Source: the human T2T-CHM13v2.0 reference genome, Homo sapiens. From it: a stretch of 64,000 nt of DNA. The DNA lies in NCBI RefSeq assembly GCF_009914755.1, contig NC_060935.1; one strand, given 5' to 3'. Positions 1 to 19,703 of the stretch are shown here, one piece after another (within the stretch, counting starts at the first letter, position 1; each line of letters opens with the position of its first letter). The notes under the pieces are model-generated. The model had not been told where the DNA came from, did no database searches, and worked only from the letters and a program-made list of their open reading frames with translations. Both the position numbers and the translations under genes were made by a program.

Positions 1-744
1 GAGCTGAAAACCAAGGCTCGAGAACTACGTGAAGAATGCAGAAGCCTCAGGAGCCGATGCGATCAACTGGAAGAAAGGGTATCAGCAATGGAAGATGAAA
101 TGAATGAAATGAAGCGAGAAGGGAAGTTTAGAGAAAAAAGAATAAAAAGAAATGAGCAAAGCCTCCAAGAAATATGGGACTATGTGAAAAGACCAAATCT
201 ACGTCTGATTGGTGTACCTGAAAGTGATGTGGAGAATGGAACCAAGTTGGAAAACACTCTGCAGGATATTATCCAGGAGAACTTCCCCAATCTAGCAAGG
301 CAGGCCAACGTTCAGATTCAGGAAATACAGAGAACGCCACAAAGATACTCCTCGAGAAGAGCAACTCCAAGACACATAATTGTCAGATTCACCAAAGTTG
401 AAATGAAGGAAAAAATGTTAAGGGCAGCCAGAGAGAAAGGTCGGGTTACCCTCAAAGGAAAGCCCATCAGACTAACAGCGGATCTCTCGGCAGAAACCCT
501 ACAAGCCAGAAGAGAGTGGGGGCCAATATTCAACATTCTTAAAGAAAAGAATTTTCAACCCAGAATTTCATATCCAGCCAAACTAAGCTTCATAAGTGAA
601 GGAGAAATAAAATACTTTATAGACAAGCAAATGTTGAGAGATTTTGTCACCACCAGGCCTGCCCTAAAAAAGCTCCTGAAGGAAGCGCTAAACATGGAAA
701 GGAACAACCGGTACCAGCCGCTGCAAAATCATGCCAAAACGTAA
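1..744 (+). CDS. L1 ORF1p, C-terminal part (start codon upstream of the window)
   Basis: Open frame from base 1 (ELKTKARE...) through YPAKLS to the stop at 742-744; ends NHAKT rather than the usual NHAKM. Confidence 0.93.
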   Translation, partial: ELKTKARELREECRSLRSRCDQLEERVSAMEDEMNEMKREGKFREKRIKRNEQSLQEIWDYVKRPNLRLIGVPESDVENGTKLENTLQDIIQENFPNLARQANVQIQEIQRTPQRYSSRRATPRHIIVRFTKVEMKEKMLRAAREKGRVTLKGKPIRLTADLSAETLQARREWGPIFNILKEKNFQPRISYPAKLSFISEGEIKYFIDKQMLRDFVTTRPALKKLLKEALNMERNNRYQPLQNHAKT

Positions 745-783
745 AGACCATCGAGACTAGGAAGAAACTGCATCAACTAATGA

Positions 784-4636
<3,853 letters not shown>

Positions 4637-4839
4637 ACAATGAGATCACATGGACACAGGAAGGGGAATATCACACTCTGGGGACTGTGGTGGGGTCGGG
4701 GGAGGGGGGAGGGATAGCATTGGGAGATATACCTAATGCTAGATGACACATTAGTGGGTGCAGCGCACCAGCATGGCACATGTATACATATGTAACTAAC
4801 CTGCACAATGTGCACATGTACCCTAAAACTTAGAGTATA

Positions 4840-4878
<39 letters not shown>

Positions 4879-4921
4879 GATAGAACTGGGTTGACTGAAT
4901 AATTATTTGAATTGCTTTTGA

Positions 4922-5307
<386 letters not shown>

Positions 5308-5832
5308 AGAGTCTACTATTCTTTGAATTCACTGCAGTGCAAAGATGGGACATGTGGAACTCCAGGTGTATATGGGTTATGTAGAGATGCTAGGGTATGA
5401 TTAAGGAAGGAAAGATATGAGAAGCCTGCAGAGCATGCTTTCCCAGACTGTATGGGCCCTGGGAAAGGAGAAGTGGACAGAAAGGGAACACTGGGTACTC
5501 TGGAAGAGAAGATTCATCCAAGTCATCAGGGAAGTTACTAATGCAAGGGAAAAAATTTAGAGACAGGGCCAAACACGCTTCTTCCAAGTCCTTTCTGTCC
5601 GCTCAGTCACCTCTATGCTTATTTTTCTTCTTTCCTCTAAGTAGTGTCATGCGTTTTCTTCCTATTCCTAGTCACTCCTAGTCAACTAACTCCTCTCTTT
5701 ACCATCTTTTCATCAGAACTTGAAACCTCCTCTCCTTCATGTATTAGTGATCATGTTTCTCCATATTACTGCTAGAAACAAGAATTGAAACCTGGAAAAC
5801 CTGCATTTGAGAACCAGATCTGCCTCTGCTAG

Positions 5833-5988
<156 letters not shown>

Positions 5989-6142
5989 TGAGACTACAGG
6001 TGTGTGCCACCACAGCTGGCTAATTTTTAATGCTTTTTTTTTGTTTACTTATTTTTTTTTGTAGAGATGGGGTCTTGCTATGTTGTGTAGGCTGGTCTCA
6101 AACTCATGGGCTCAAGCGATCCTCCTGCCTTGGCCTCTCAGA

Positions 6143-7163
6143 TGAAATGGAAAAAGTTCCGTTGTCCCCCTCGAAGGGCATGCGATGCGGGTGTGGTTCA
6201 TTTATTCAGTGCCCCACTGTTCAAACCTCTAGGGGAGCATGCAGACAGGCAGGGAGCCCCACGGCAGTGTCCAGGGGTGAATGTTTATAGTTGAAGCCCC
6301 AGTGGGCGTGTGTTACAGGGTGCTCTTTTAGTTTAGCCGTCTGTAGGTAGCTTGTGTTAGTCAGCTCAATTAGACCCCCGCCTTATTGCAAGGACAGAAG
6401 GCTCTCTTTGTCCCGGGGTTCTTGCCTTGGTATACCGGACGTGGTGCGATCTCAGCTCACTGCAAGCTCCGCCTCCTGGGTTGACGCCATTCTCCTGCCT
6501 CAGCCTCCCAAGTAGCTGGGACTACAGGCACCCACCACCATGCCTGGCTAATTTTTTTGTATTTTTAGTAGAGATAGGGTTTCACTGTGTTAGCCAGTAT
6601 GGTCTGGATCTCCTGACCTCGTGATCTGCTCGCCTCAGCCTCCCAAAGTGCTGGGATTACTGGCGTGAGAGTGTAAGGTTTTATTGAGTGGAAGTATCTC
6701 TCAGCAGATGGGGGAGCCAGAAGGGAGATGGTTTACCCCTGGAGTCGGGTGAGTGGCCTGACTCTTCTCTGACTGTCCCAGCCAAACTCTGCGTTGTTCT
6801 GCCAGTCAGTGGCCTGCGGTGTGTCGGTGCCCATTGGTGCGTTCCTCTTGACGTCCAGCACCCTTGTGTTCCTCCGCTGATGTGCTCCTCTTGAAATCCA
6901 GCCGCCTATGTGTCTGCCTGCTAGGGTCTCAGGGTTTTTATAGGCATAGAATGGGGGTGTGGCAGCCAGGGTGGTCTTGGGAAATGCAACATTTGGGCAG
7001 GAGAACAAAAATGCCTGTCCTCACCTAGGTCCGTGGGCACAGGCCCTGGAGTGGAGCCCTAGCCAGGGACCACACCCTCCTCTACCCATTGCTTCCTTTC
7101 CTCACTTCCATATCATTTAAAGGGACCACATTCTTCCCTTCTGAGCACTTCCCTTCTGTATCA
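6143..7163 (-). mobile_element. ERV1 solo LTR (LTR1/LTR28-like)
   Basis: TG...CA termini; TATA (CCTATAAAAA, near 6935) and AATAAA (near 6681) on minus strand; 4-bp TSD CAGA/CAAA. Subfamily name from recall. Confidence 0.78.
6440..6669 (-). mobile_element. Tail-less AluY-like fragment inside the LTR
   Basis: gtggtgcgatctcagctcactgcaagctccgcc...gggattactggcgtgag; no poly(A), both ends missing, no TSD. Confidence 0.85.
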
Positions 7164-7389
7164 CAAAGTGTTGGGATTATAGGCATGAGCCACTGGTCCC
7201 AGCCAATTCCGTTCTTTTAATGCAAACTAGAAAATAGGTGTTCAGAAAGGCCTGTCCTATCCACCTCAGGGAGTTGCTATGAAGATCAAATTAGATCATG
7301 TGCAACAGAAGTTTAGAAAAGATTCCAAAAGCACTGTGCAACGAGAATGTATTTTTAAACTCCACTGAGTGGACTTAAAACTATGATTT

Positions 7390-7712
<323 letters not shown>

Positions 7713-7873
7713 TGTGTTTCTTTTTTAAGCAAGAAAACAAATGCCTTTCCCCAGCACTCACTAAACAAATCCCTCTTTTTTTTCCATAGGATTCTTATCC
7801 TTCTTGCCCCACTGCAAACAATCTATTTTCTTTTGGCCCTTCCGTCCATCTGTGAAAGGGTCAGGCTTTCTAG

Positions 7874-8965
<1,092 letters not shown>

Positions 8966-9329
8966 TAGCAAAAGGCAGAACAACCTCATTTTCTTCCCTA
9001 CCTCAGAAATAAAGAAGTTAACTTCAACCCTCTGAGAGAGGCTTCCTGAGCTTCCAACCAAATATTACTCTCAGAAGAGCACTAAGGGTTGTGCACAGCA
9101 CATGGCCAGCCCGTTCTCAGAGTCTGTCAAGTTTAAGGTGAACGCTAATCCTGAATGAGTTTTAAAATGTATTTGGCATATCCTCATCATTGTAAAATGT
9201 TCTCACATCATGATGGCTGGGGCTTCCCTCTCAGGTGTAATCTGCGAAGTCAGACGTGACACAGCCTGGGTGAGGTGGGCCAAGCTGGGAACTGGGTTAG
9301 GAGGGAAGCTGGGGAATGATCTCCAAGGT

Positions 9330-9985
9330 CTCAGATCCCAAACTGGCTTTAGCCTGATTCAACCAGAGGGATCTCATAAAAAATGCACATTCCGGGGCCC
9401 ACGCCAGACCTAATGAATCAGAATTACCTGGGAAGGAGCCTGGGGAGCTCTGTTTTCAGAAGCAGCCCAGCCAAATCCTACGGTCAGACAGGGCTAGGAA
9501 ACCGAGCTCAGTCTAGCGCGGTAGTTCCCAAACTCGTCTGTGCTTCAAAAAATACAGATGCTGATGTCCAGGCATGGTGGCTCATGCCTATAATACCAGC
9601 AGTTTGGCAGGCTGAGGCGGGAGTATCGCTTGAGCCCAGGAGTTTGAGACCTGCCTGGAGAACATAGGGAGATAATGTCTCTACAAAAAATTTAAAAATT
9701 AACCAGGCTTTGTGGTGCCCGCCTGTGATCCTAGCTACCGTGGAGGTTGAAGTGGGAGGGTTTCTTGAGCCCAGGAGTTGGAGGCTGTCATGAGCTATGA
9801 TGGTGCCACTGTACTCCAGCCTGGGTAACAGAGCGAGGACCTGTCTCAAAAACAAAACAAAAAACGGATGCCATTTCCCATTCCAGAGTTTGAGGTTTAA
9901 TTGTTCTTGGGTGTGGCCTGGGTTTTGGAAGATTTAAAAAAATCCCGGGTGACCCTAAAGTGTAGATGAGTTTGGAAACCACACA
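9330..9985. mobile_element. MER5-type hAT-Charlie DNA transposon relics, one interrupted by an Alu
   Basis: aaaaatgcacattccggggccc...gaatcagaa and ...agtttggaaaccac motifs. Confidence 0.55.
9567..9866 (+). mobile_element. Alu (AluJ-like)
   Basis: Forward Alu dimer with (CAAAA)n tail. Confidence 0.88.
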
Positions 9986-10722
9986 TCGAAGGCACACTTG
10001 AATGGGGGAGCAATGAGGTGGCATGGGCTAGCCGGCCAGAAGCCAGGGGTGGGGCAGTAGGAACCAGCATTGCTGAGGCCATTAAGGCTGGGAAGCATAG
10101 TGTCTGGGGCCCATAAAAATGCTTCGGCATGAATGCTTTAGACCTAAGACAATTGGCTCCCAAATGTGAAAACTGCAAGGCTGAACTGAATGCATGTTTA
10201 ATGCTTTACAACATTGTCAAGTGGTCAGCTGCAACTCCGTTCTGAGGGCATGATGCCTGAGATATGCCTGTAATGGGGATTGATTTTAATGAATTTAATA
10301 TGGTGTGGAGTGGGGCCTTCAAAATAAAGATGTCAGTTCTAAGTTGGTTGCAGAGGTATGGGCAAAGGTCTTAAAACCCCATGGTGAGCAGATGGCCAAT
10401 CCTGAACACCCCAATCTTAAAACAGGGCTTTTTTTCCAAGACAATTTTTGAAAATATCTCCTATTTTGAGGGGAGGAACGCTGGCAGGAGAGAGCCAGAG
10501 TTAAGCCCACCTGAGAGGGGGTTGGCAGGCAGGGGTCTGCCTGGTCCTTACTGAAGCTTGCTACTCGGGGTGAGCTTCCTAAACCAATGCAGATTTGCTG
10601 GCCCACTGAGCCTCCCAGATGAGAACCTGCATTTCAACAAGGTCCTTGGTGCAGCAAAGTTTGACATATACTGGGCTAGAACACCCAGGGGACACAAAGG
10701 TTCTCTGAAACGTAAGGAAAAT

Positions 10723-11367
<645 letters not shown>

Positions 11368-11524
11368 CTAGAAGACCCAGGAGACCCGAAGATTCTCTCA
11401 AAACTAAGGAAAATAATCTAGGTCACAAATATATTCTCTTTCTCCTTCTCCCCATTGCCCCCCTCCACCAGTAATCTTTATAGACTCAAATCGAGTTGAT
11501 GTTCTATAATCAATTCTAGTCACT

Positions 11525-11664
<140 letters not shown>

Positions 11665-12220
11665 GTCACTTTTATTTTTGATGTTCAAATTATAAGCTAA
11701 TGCCTGTGAGACCATAGATTCTTTTTATGCACTCAATACATTTTCGTGTTTACCTTACATTTTTATTATGGAAAAATTCTGTTTTTTCCACTTGTTTCTA
11801 TTTGATAATGAAGCCCTCTGTGCCTATCACCAGCCTCAGCCGCCATCATCTCATTACCAAGCTGGGTTATTTTGAAGCAAATATCTTCTAATATTTAGCT
11901 GGTGTTCAAATTTCCCTAACCATCCTAAATGAATGTTTAGAATAGTTGTTTCATTGGAAACAAGGTCAAAACAAATACATTTTACATTTTTAGGCCAGTC
12001 TTGAAAGTAAGTGTAAAACCATGTGTGGGGTAGGAGGTGGGACTAGACTCTCAAGGTGGGGCCTGGATACCAGACCCAATTGAGGACTAGCTAAGACAGA
12101 TTCCACAATGAATAACACCAGGAGGTGGGAATATTAAGGTCCATTGTGAAGGATGGCTACCACAATTATTTGATCAACTAGTTATCAAACCTGACTGCAC
12201 CTGAGAGAGATTTGTTTTTG

Positions 12221-12357
12221 CTTTTTTTTTTTTTTTTTCAGAGACAGGGTCTTGCTATGTTGCCCAGACTGGACTGAAAATCCTGGGCTCAAGTGATTCT
12301 TCTGCCTCAGCCTCCCGAGTAGCTGAGACTACAGGTGTGTGCCACTGTGCCCGGCAA
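12221..12357 (-). mobile_element. Alu monomer or truncated Alu
   Basis: T tail plus one Alu arm. Confidence 0.75.
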
Positions 12358-13196
12358 GATTTTAAAAAATACGTATGTCCGGACACCACTCTAAACCAAC
12401 TAAATCAGAATCAGATATAGTGAAGTCATTAATCATTTTGCTCCTGGGTCTTCATGAAAGTTTTGCTCCTGGGAAACTCCTGGGAATGTGGTAGAGAGAG
12501 AGAGAAAGAGATGGGAAAGTAAGATTTTAAGAAGTGTTGCTATGCATTTTGAAAATAATTTTTCTTTGGTGTTTGTCTTGAGGGACGGCGATAAACATTT
12601 CAATTGCCTTTAAGTATGCTTGGATGCTGGAATGATGGTTCTTTGAATGCAGCATCAAACTGGCATTGGGCCACATGGCAGCCAGCATGAGCCTTTATGC
12701 CACATTTATAAAACATGAATGTCATGAGCCCACTCTCAGGGACCTTACAATTTGGAGGGTTAGGTCAGATCCACAAATCTCTTGTATCTCATCGTAAAGG
12801 AAACCTGGCGTGTAGCAGGAGATGGCGTGACAACAATAACATATTGCATGATCAATATTTGTATTCTTCTTAGCAATATTAAACTTTTTGACCCCCTCCA
12901 TTGTGTCATTAATTTGCTTAATACAGTTTCTTCCTCAGCGTCGGTTTTTAGGCCTGGCATAAGCTGTTTGAAACCCAGGCACGTACCCCACCCATCATCT
13001 TTGGCCTAGGTAACACCTCCCCTCTCTGCGTGGTGGTTTGGAGAACCTGCTTGTTCCTCATCCCACTGATCCCAAACCCAGGACACCCCACAGCTGCTGA
13101 CCAGGATTAAACCTAACGGAGATTTAATGCCGTTAAATCAGAAGAAATTCTGATTCTCAGGGAATGACATTCATTCACTTAAATACTTGCAGAGTC

Positions 13197-13510
<314 letters not shown>

Positions 13511-13802
13511 TTAGGAAACCATGAAGTCCACAGTTTGATCCAATGCCTTCCTTTTTCTCTTTCTCAAATATTTTGAGCCAGGTACTATCCTAGATTGTCT
13601 TGTGATATTTACAATCTAGGAGAAGGCAGGAGAGAGAACTAAGAACAGAGAGTGTGTTCTGAGATGTCTGCTGTGTTTGCAGGTACCTTCCCTCAATTTC
13701 CCTACTCACTGGCCATGCTGGAAAACAGGTCTTGGTGCCATATTTGTACCGTGGTACTCCCCTCCCTATACTCAATTGGTTGGCCAGAAGCCCAATTGTC
13801 AT

Positions 13803-13855
13803 TCTCTCTCTCTCTCTCCCTCTCCCTCTCTCCCTCTCTCCCTCCCTCCCTCTCC
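13803..13855. repeat. (CT)n/(CCCT)n polypyrimidine microsatellite
   Basis: tctctctctctctctccctctccctc... read directly. Confidence 0.85.
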
Positions 13856-13999
13856 AAGATATCCAGTAACTGACTGATCAGCTGGTGGTGGGCTCTGCTG
13901 GCTGCCATGATGGGCCACCAGCAAAAAGGGAAAATTGGTTGTGAGTGAGAGAAGCAGAGATAAGAAAGTCCACAGGGCTGGTAAGAAAGACCATGGGCT

Positions 14000-14280
14000 T
14001 CTGGGTGCGGTGGTTCACGCCTGTAATCCCAGCACTTTGAGAGGCTAGGATGGTCGGATCACGAGGTCAGGAGATCGAGACCATCCTGGCTCACACAGTG
14101 AAACCCCATCTCTACTAAAAATACAAAAATTAGCTGGGTGTGGTGGTGGGTGCCTGTAGCCTCAGCTAATTGGGAGGCTGAGGCGGGAGAATGGCGTGAA
14201 CCCTAACAGGTGGAGCTTACAGTGAGCTGAGATTGCACCACTGCACTCCAGCCTGGGCGACAGAGTGAGACTGCATCTCA

Positions 14281-14318
<38 letters not shown>
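14000..14318 (+). mobile_element. Alu (AluY/Sc-like) with long pure A tail
   Basis: Tail of about 37 A; AGACCATGGGCTT on both flanks. Confidence 0.9.
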
Positions 14319-14321
<3 letters not shown>

Positions 14322-14872
14322 ACCATGGGCTTCTGAGAGCAAGAAAGAGGAATTTTGGTTTCTTGTAACTGCAGTTTCCATTCTCTCATGGCCTCTCATT
14401 TGTTTCTTGTGCCCATGAGTTTGCCTGTTAGAGATAAGGTGTTCTCCTTGTCCTCAAGCTCATGCAAATGGGCTTCTGTTGCTTACAATCATTGTTCCCA
14501 GATATGGATGGTTACTGATGCTCTACTAAATGCTGAAAAAAAGTAGAGTGGAAGCACAGAAAAGCAAGCTTCTCTGAGGGGGTGACGTTAGAGCCCAGTT
14601 GGGAGGCAGGAGTAAATGTGCACCATGATTTTTTAGGATTAAAACCAAGTATCTTACTGCTTGGGCACATGTAGATAGAGGTGATTTAACAGTAAACTGT
14701 CCCAGTTGTACCCATTGTCAGTTATCTCACCACAGGGATTATGTAGCCCTGAGTTTGCTTAGTGCTTATTTATTTTAGGTTGTTGTTTATCCAAACCTCC
14801 TAAATGATACGTGTTTGGAACAAGTAACAGCATTGTTCCTTGATGTTGTGGACAAACCACTATTTTATTACT

Positions 14873-14998
14873 CAAGACTGGGTAATTTATAAAGAAAAAG
14901 AGGTTTAATGGGCTCACAGTTCCATGTGGCTGAAGAAGTCTCAAAATCATGGTGGAAGGAAAAAGGCACGTCTTACATGGTGGCAGACAAGAGTGATG
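14873..14998. mobile_element. THE1/MST MaLR LTR fragment
   Basis: aagactgggtaatttataaagaaaaagaggtttaat...cacagttccatgtggct. Confidence 0.75.
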
Positions 14999-15100
14999 AG
15001 AGCTATTTTGGTCATTGTTCACTGGCCATATAATTTACTTCTATATTTTGAAATAAGATGAGAACCAGGCACACAAGATGGTTACAGGTCCGTCTTTTGT

Positions 15101-15104
<4 letters not shown>

Positions 15105-15146
<42 letters not shown>
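15105..15146. repeat. (GAT)14 trinucleotide microsatellite
   Basis: 14 uninterrupted GAT units (poly-D in the ORF track). Confidence 0.95.
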
Positions 15147-15149
<3 letters not shown>

Positions 15150-15439
15150 ATGGCTGACATGGTTGACGACTTGCTTTCTCTCATCATCTCAGACCTAGAT
15201 TTTTGGCTGGACTATTGGCTTGGGATAGATGAAAATCATTCCTTGTATCCCCTTATCTTAAAGTCAAGACTGAACCAGCCTCCAGACTCAAGCCTTCATG
15301 GGACTTCAGATACCATGAGGAATGGGTGTCCCTGCAATATTGTCATGGCTGTCAAAAGTGTTATTGGAGCTGGGCAAGTGGGTGCTCTCCTGCCATTCCA
15401 TCCTGCTTAGATTTCCCATTCAACACCAATCTTATTTCC

Positions 15440-15888
<449 letters not shown>

Positions 15889-17270
15889 TAGGCATCCAAC
15901 AAATGTTTAATTTCATTCAACAGCTCCTCTTACCACTGCCCCCACCTTATTTGCAGGTGGCTAAGTATAATCGGAAAAAGTAGGTATCATAAGATTTAGT
16001 CCAGAGTCAATTTGAGAAGAAATTACTTTAGTGATATGAAAAGAAACCATGCTATTTAGTCAGAATACTTCTGAGAGTATCCCGTGTCCAAGCATTTGCT
16101 GAATTTCTACTAATTTTCAGGTGGAACAGTATGGTTGCAGAGAGTCCATTTGGACATAGATACACTTTCATGCATTCATGTCTTTAACAATAATTTGTGG
16201 CCCTACTGTGTTTGTTCACTAACTCCTTTGAACCTACCACATAAGCTATATCTTTATTTTCCTTGTAAGTTGGAAGGTCCAATGCTTCATTAAGCTCACA
16301 TGCCTGAAACTAATGAAGAAAATATCTCGTTAACCAGCTAGTATAAAAGTAGCCACCAAATCAAGTCAATCACCTGCCTTAAATCAGCCCAGTACTCCCA
16401 TCTTGAGCGGAGAAGCCCATTCTGAATCACAGTCAAGACATTGATGGAAAAACAGCTCCCTCTGGGGATCAAAACCACGCTCGCTCCAAATCCTCCTCCC
16501 CAGAGTTCTACTCATTGCTCACCCACTGAACCCAGAACAACCAGAAGTGTTTGAAATGAGGACGGGTAGCTCCGTGTACCAATCGGAATTTAAAACTGTA
16601 TCAATTCCTGCTATACAAATGAGGCTTCTCCCCAGGACCAGCATTCCACGAAGGCAGCCCTTCTCTAGATGGAGAAAACAGAACCTGAAGGCACCCGTTT
16701 CCCTAAACTGCTCTCGCTCATGTGTAAGTACAAATGAAAAATGCTGAGGCTGCTTCTGTTGGCATTGCTTTTTAATTACGGCCATCAATAAATCATTTTA
16801 TCCTTGAACAAGACTTGAGAATGACCCGAAGGCAGAGGCACAATTCCTTAGGAATTAGGCCAACAGAGAACGGGCTATCTCTCTTCCCACCTCTTCTCTT
16901 ACTCTGCTGTCAGAAACAGAAACGTTCTCTGTGAGTAGCTGGGAGTAGACGGCCACACTTGAGTTCCATCTGGGGGTTCTGTTAACACAGTTTTACCCCA
17001 GCCTGCCTTGATGGCCACTGCCACACAAGCTGCATCTGTTCTTTCTTCTGCGCCTTTTATTATTTTGTTGTTTTTCCTCTTTCTAATGTAGTGAGCTGAA
17101 TTGTGGCTTTGCACAAGATATATCCAGATCCTTGTGCCTAGAATCTGTGGAGGTGGCATTATTTGGAAAAAGGGTCTTTGCAGATGTAATTAAGGATCTT
17201 GAGATTATCCTGGAGTATTTTAGGTAGGCTGTACATCTGAAGACAAGTGTCCTTATAAGAGGACACTTTT

Positions 17271-17569
<299 letters not shown>

Positions 17570-17578
17570 GACACTCCT

Positions 17579-17977
17579 TTTCATGCGCATCCGTGTGAAG
17601 AGACCACAAAACAGGCTTTGTGTGAGCAATAAAGCTGTTTATTTCACCTGGGTGCAGGTGGGCTGAGTCCAAAAAGAGTCAGCGAAGGGAGATAGGGGTG
17701 GGGCCATTTTGTAGGATTTGGGTAGGTAAAGGAAAAAGGGGTGTTCTCTGGCAGGCAGGAATGGGGGTCACAAGGTGCTCAGTAGGGGAGCTTTTGAGCC
17801 AGGATGAGCAAGGAGAAGGAATTTCACAAGATAATATCATCAGTTAAGGCAGGAACAGGCCATTTTCATTTATTTTGTGGTGGAATGTCATCAGTTAAGG
17901 CAGGAACCTGCCATCTGGATGTGCACATGCAGGCCACAGGGGATATGATGGCTTAGTTTGGGCTCAGAGGCCTGACG
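17579..17977 (-). mobile_element. HERV-H 3' LTR (LTR7)
   Basis: Reverse of (T)GTCAGGCCTCTGAGCCC...ATGCGCATGAAA. Confidence 0.93.
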
Positions 17978-18633
17978 TTCCTGTCTTCGTACATTAATAA
18001 GAAAAATAAAATGAAATAGTGGTAAAGTGTTGGGATGGTGAAAAATTTCTGGGGGTAGTATGGAGAGATAATGGACGATGTTTCTCAGGGCTGCTTCGAG
18101 CGAGATTAGGGGTGGCATGGGAACCTAGAGTGGGAGAGATTAAGCTGAAGGAAGATTTTGTGGTAAGGGGTGATATTGTGGGGTTGTTAGAAGAAACATT
18201 TGTTATTTAGAATTATTGGTGATGGCCTGGATACAGTTTTGTATGAATTGAAAAACTAAACGGAATAAGAGAAGGAGAAAAACAGGTATTAAAGGATGAA
18301 GAATTGGGAGGACCTAGGACCTCTAATTAGAGAGTGCCTAAGAAGGTTCAGCATAGCCTTGCCAGCAAAGATTATTTATTTAAGAGTTAAGAGTGGTGGT
18401 TTGGGGATAGCACCAGGAGATATCACCTGTGATGGCTTGGAGAAACAGTGTAAACCACCAGTGTAAACAAGAGCAGGGCATATATGAGTAGTTGAGAACG
18501 GTGAATAGGAGTATGACTAGACAGAAGATAGTAGGGATGACAAGTTTTTTGGGGCACAGTCCAAGTTGGTCTTGTGTCTGGAATGAGACTGGGGCCTAAT
18601 AAAAAGGAGCGTCTATACAGGAGATCCAATGGG

Positions 18634-19703
18634 TATCGGGGGACCTGCCCTGATAATCACGTAGTTTCTTTTCTATTTTCCTAAGTGTCAACTGGCTTGA
18701 GAAATAAAAGGACAGAGTACAAAAAAGAGAAATTTTAAAGCTGGGCATCCGGGGGAGACATCACATATTGGTAGGATCCGTGATGCCCCACAAGCCACAA
18801 AAACCAGCAAGTTTTTATTAGGGAGTTTCAAAAGGGGAGGGAGTATACGAATAGGTGTGGGTGACAGACATCAAGTACTTAACAAGGTAATAGAATATCA
18901 CAAGGCAAGTGGAGACAGGGCAAGATCATAGGACCACAGGACCGAAGTGAAGTTAAAATTGTTGATGAAGTTTTGGCACCATTGTCATTGATAACATCTT
19001 ATCAGGAGACAGGGTTTTGAGATCAACCGGTCTGACCAAAGTTTATTAGGCGGGAATTTCCTCTTCCTAGTAAGCCTGGGAGCACTATGGGAGACTGGAG
19101 TTTATTTCACCTCTGCAATCTCGACCATAAGAGACAGGTACGCCCAGCGGGGCGCCAGTTCAGAGACCTACCCCTAGGTGTGCATTCTCTTTCTCAGGGA
19201 CGTTCCATGCTGAGAAAAGGAATTCAGCGATATTTCTCCCATTTGCTTTTGAAAGAAGAGAAATATGGCTCTGTTCTGCCCGGCTCACCGGCGGTCAGAG
19301 TTTAAGGTTATCTCTCTTATTCCCTGAACAATTGCTGTTATCCTGTTCTTTTTTCAGGGTGCCCACATTTCATATTGCTCAAACACACATGCAGTACAAT
19401 TTGTGTAGTTAATACAATTATTACAGGGTCCTGAGATGATATAAATCCTTCTCGGCTGACAGGATTAAGAGATTAAAGCAAAGACAAGCATAGGAAATCA
19501 CAAGGATATTGATTGGGGAAGTGATAAGTGTCCATGGAATCTTTACAATTTATGTTTAGAGACTGCAGTAAAGGCAGGCATAAGAAATTACAAAAGTATT
19601 AATTTGGGGAACTAATAAATGTCCATAAAATCTTCACAATCCACGTTCTTCTGCCATGGCTTCAGCCGGTCCCTCCGTTTGGGGTCCCTGACTTCCCGCA
19701 ACA
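18634..19703 (-). mobile_element. MER11 (HML-8/HERV-K11) solo LTR, probably MER11C
   Basis: Minus strand starts TGTTGCGGGAAGTCAGGGACCCC; 1070 bp; perfect 6-bp TSD AATGGG (18628-18633 / 19704-19709). Confidence 0.92.

Noticed and set aside
15078-15410. Acidic poly-Asp protein of 110 aa
   Set aside because: Created by the (GAT)14 microsatellite; no recognisable homology.
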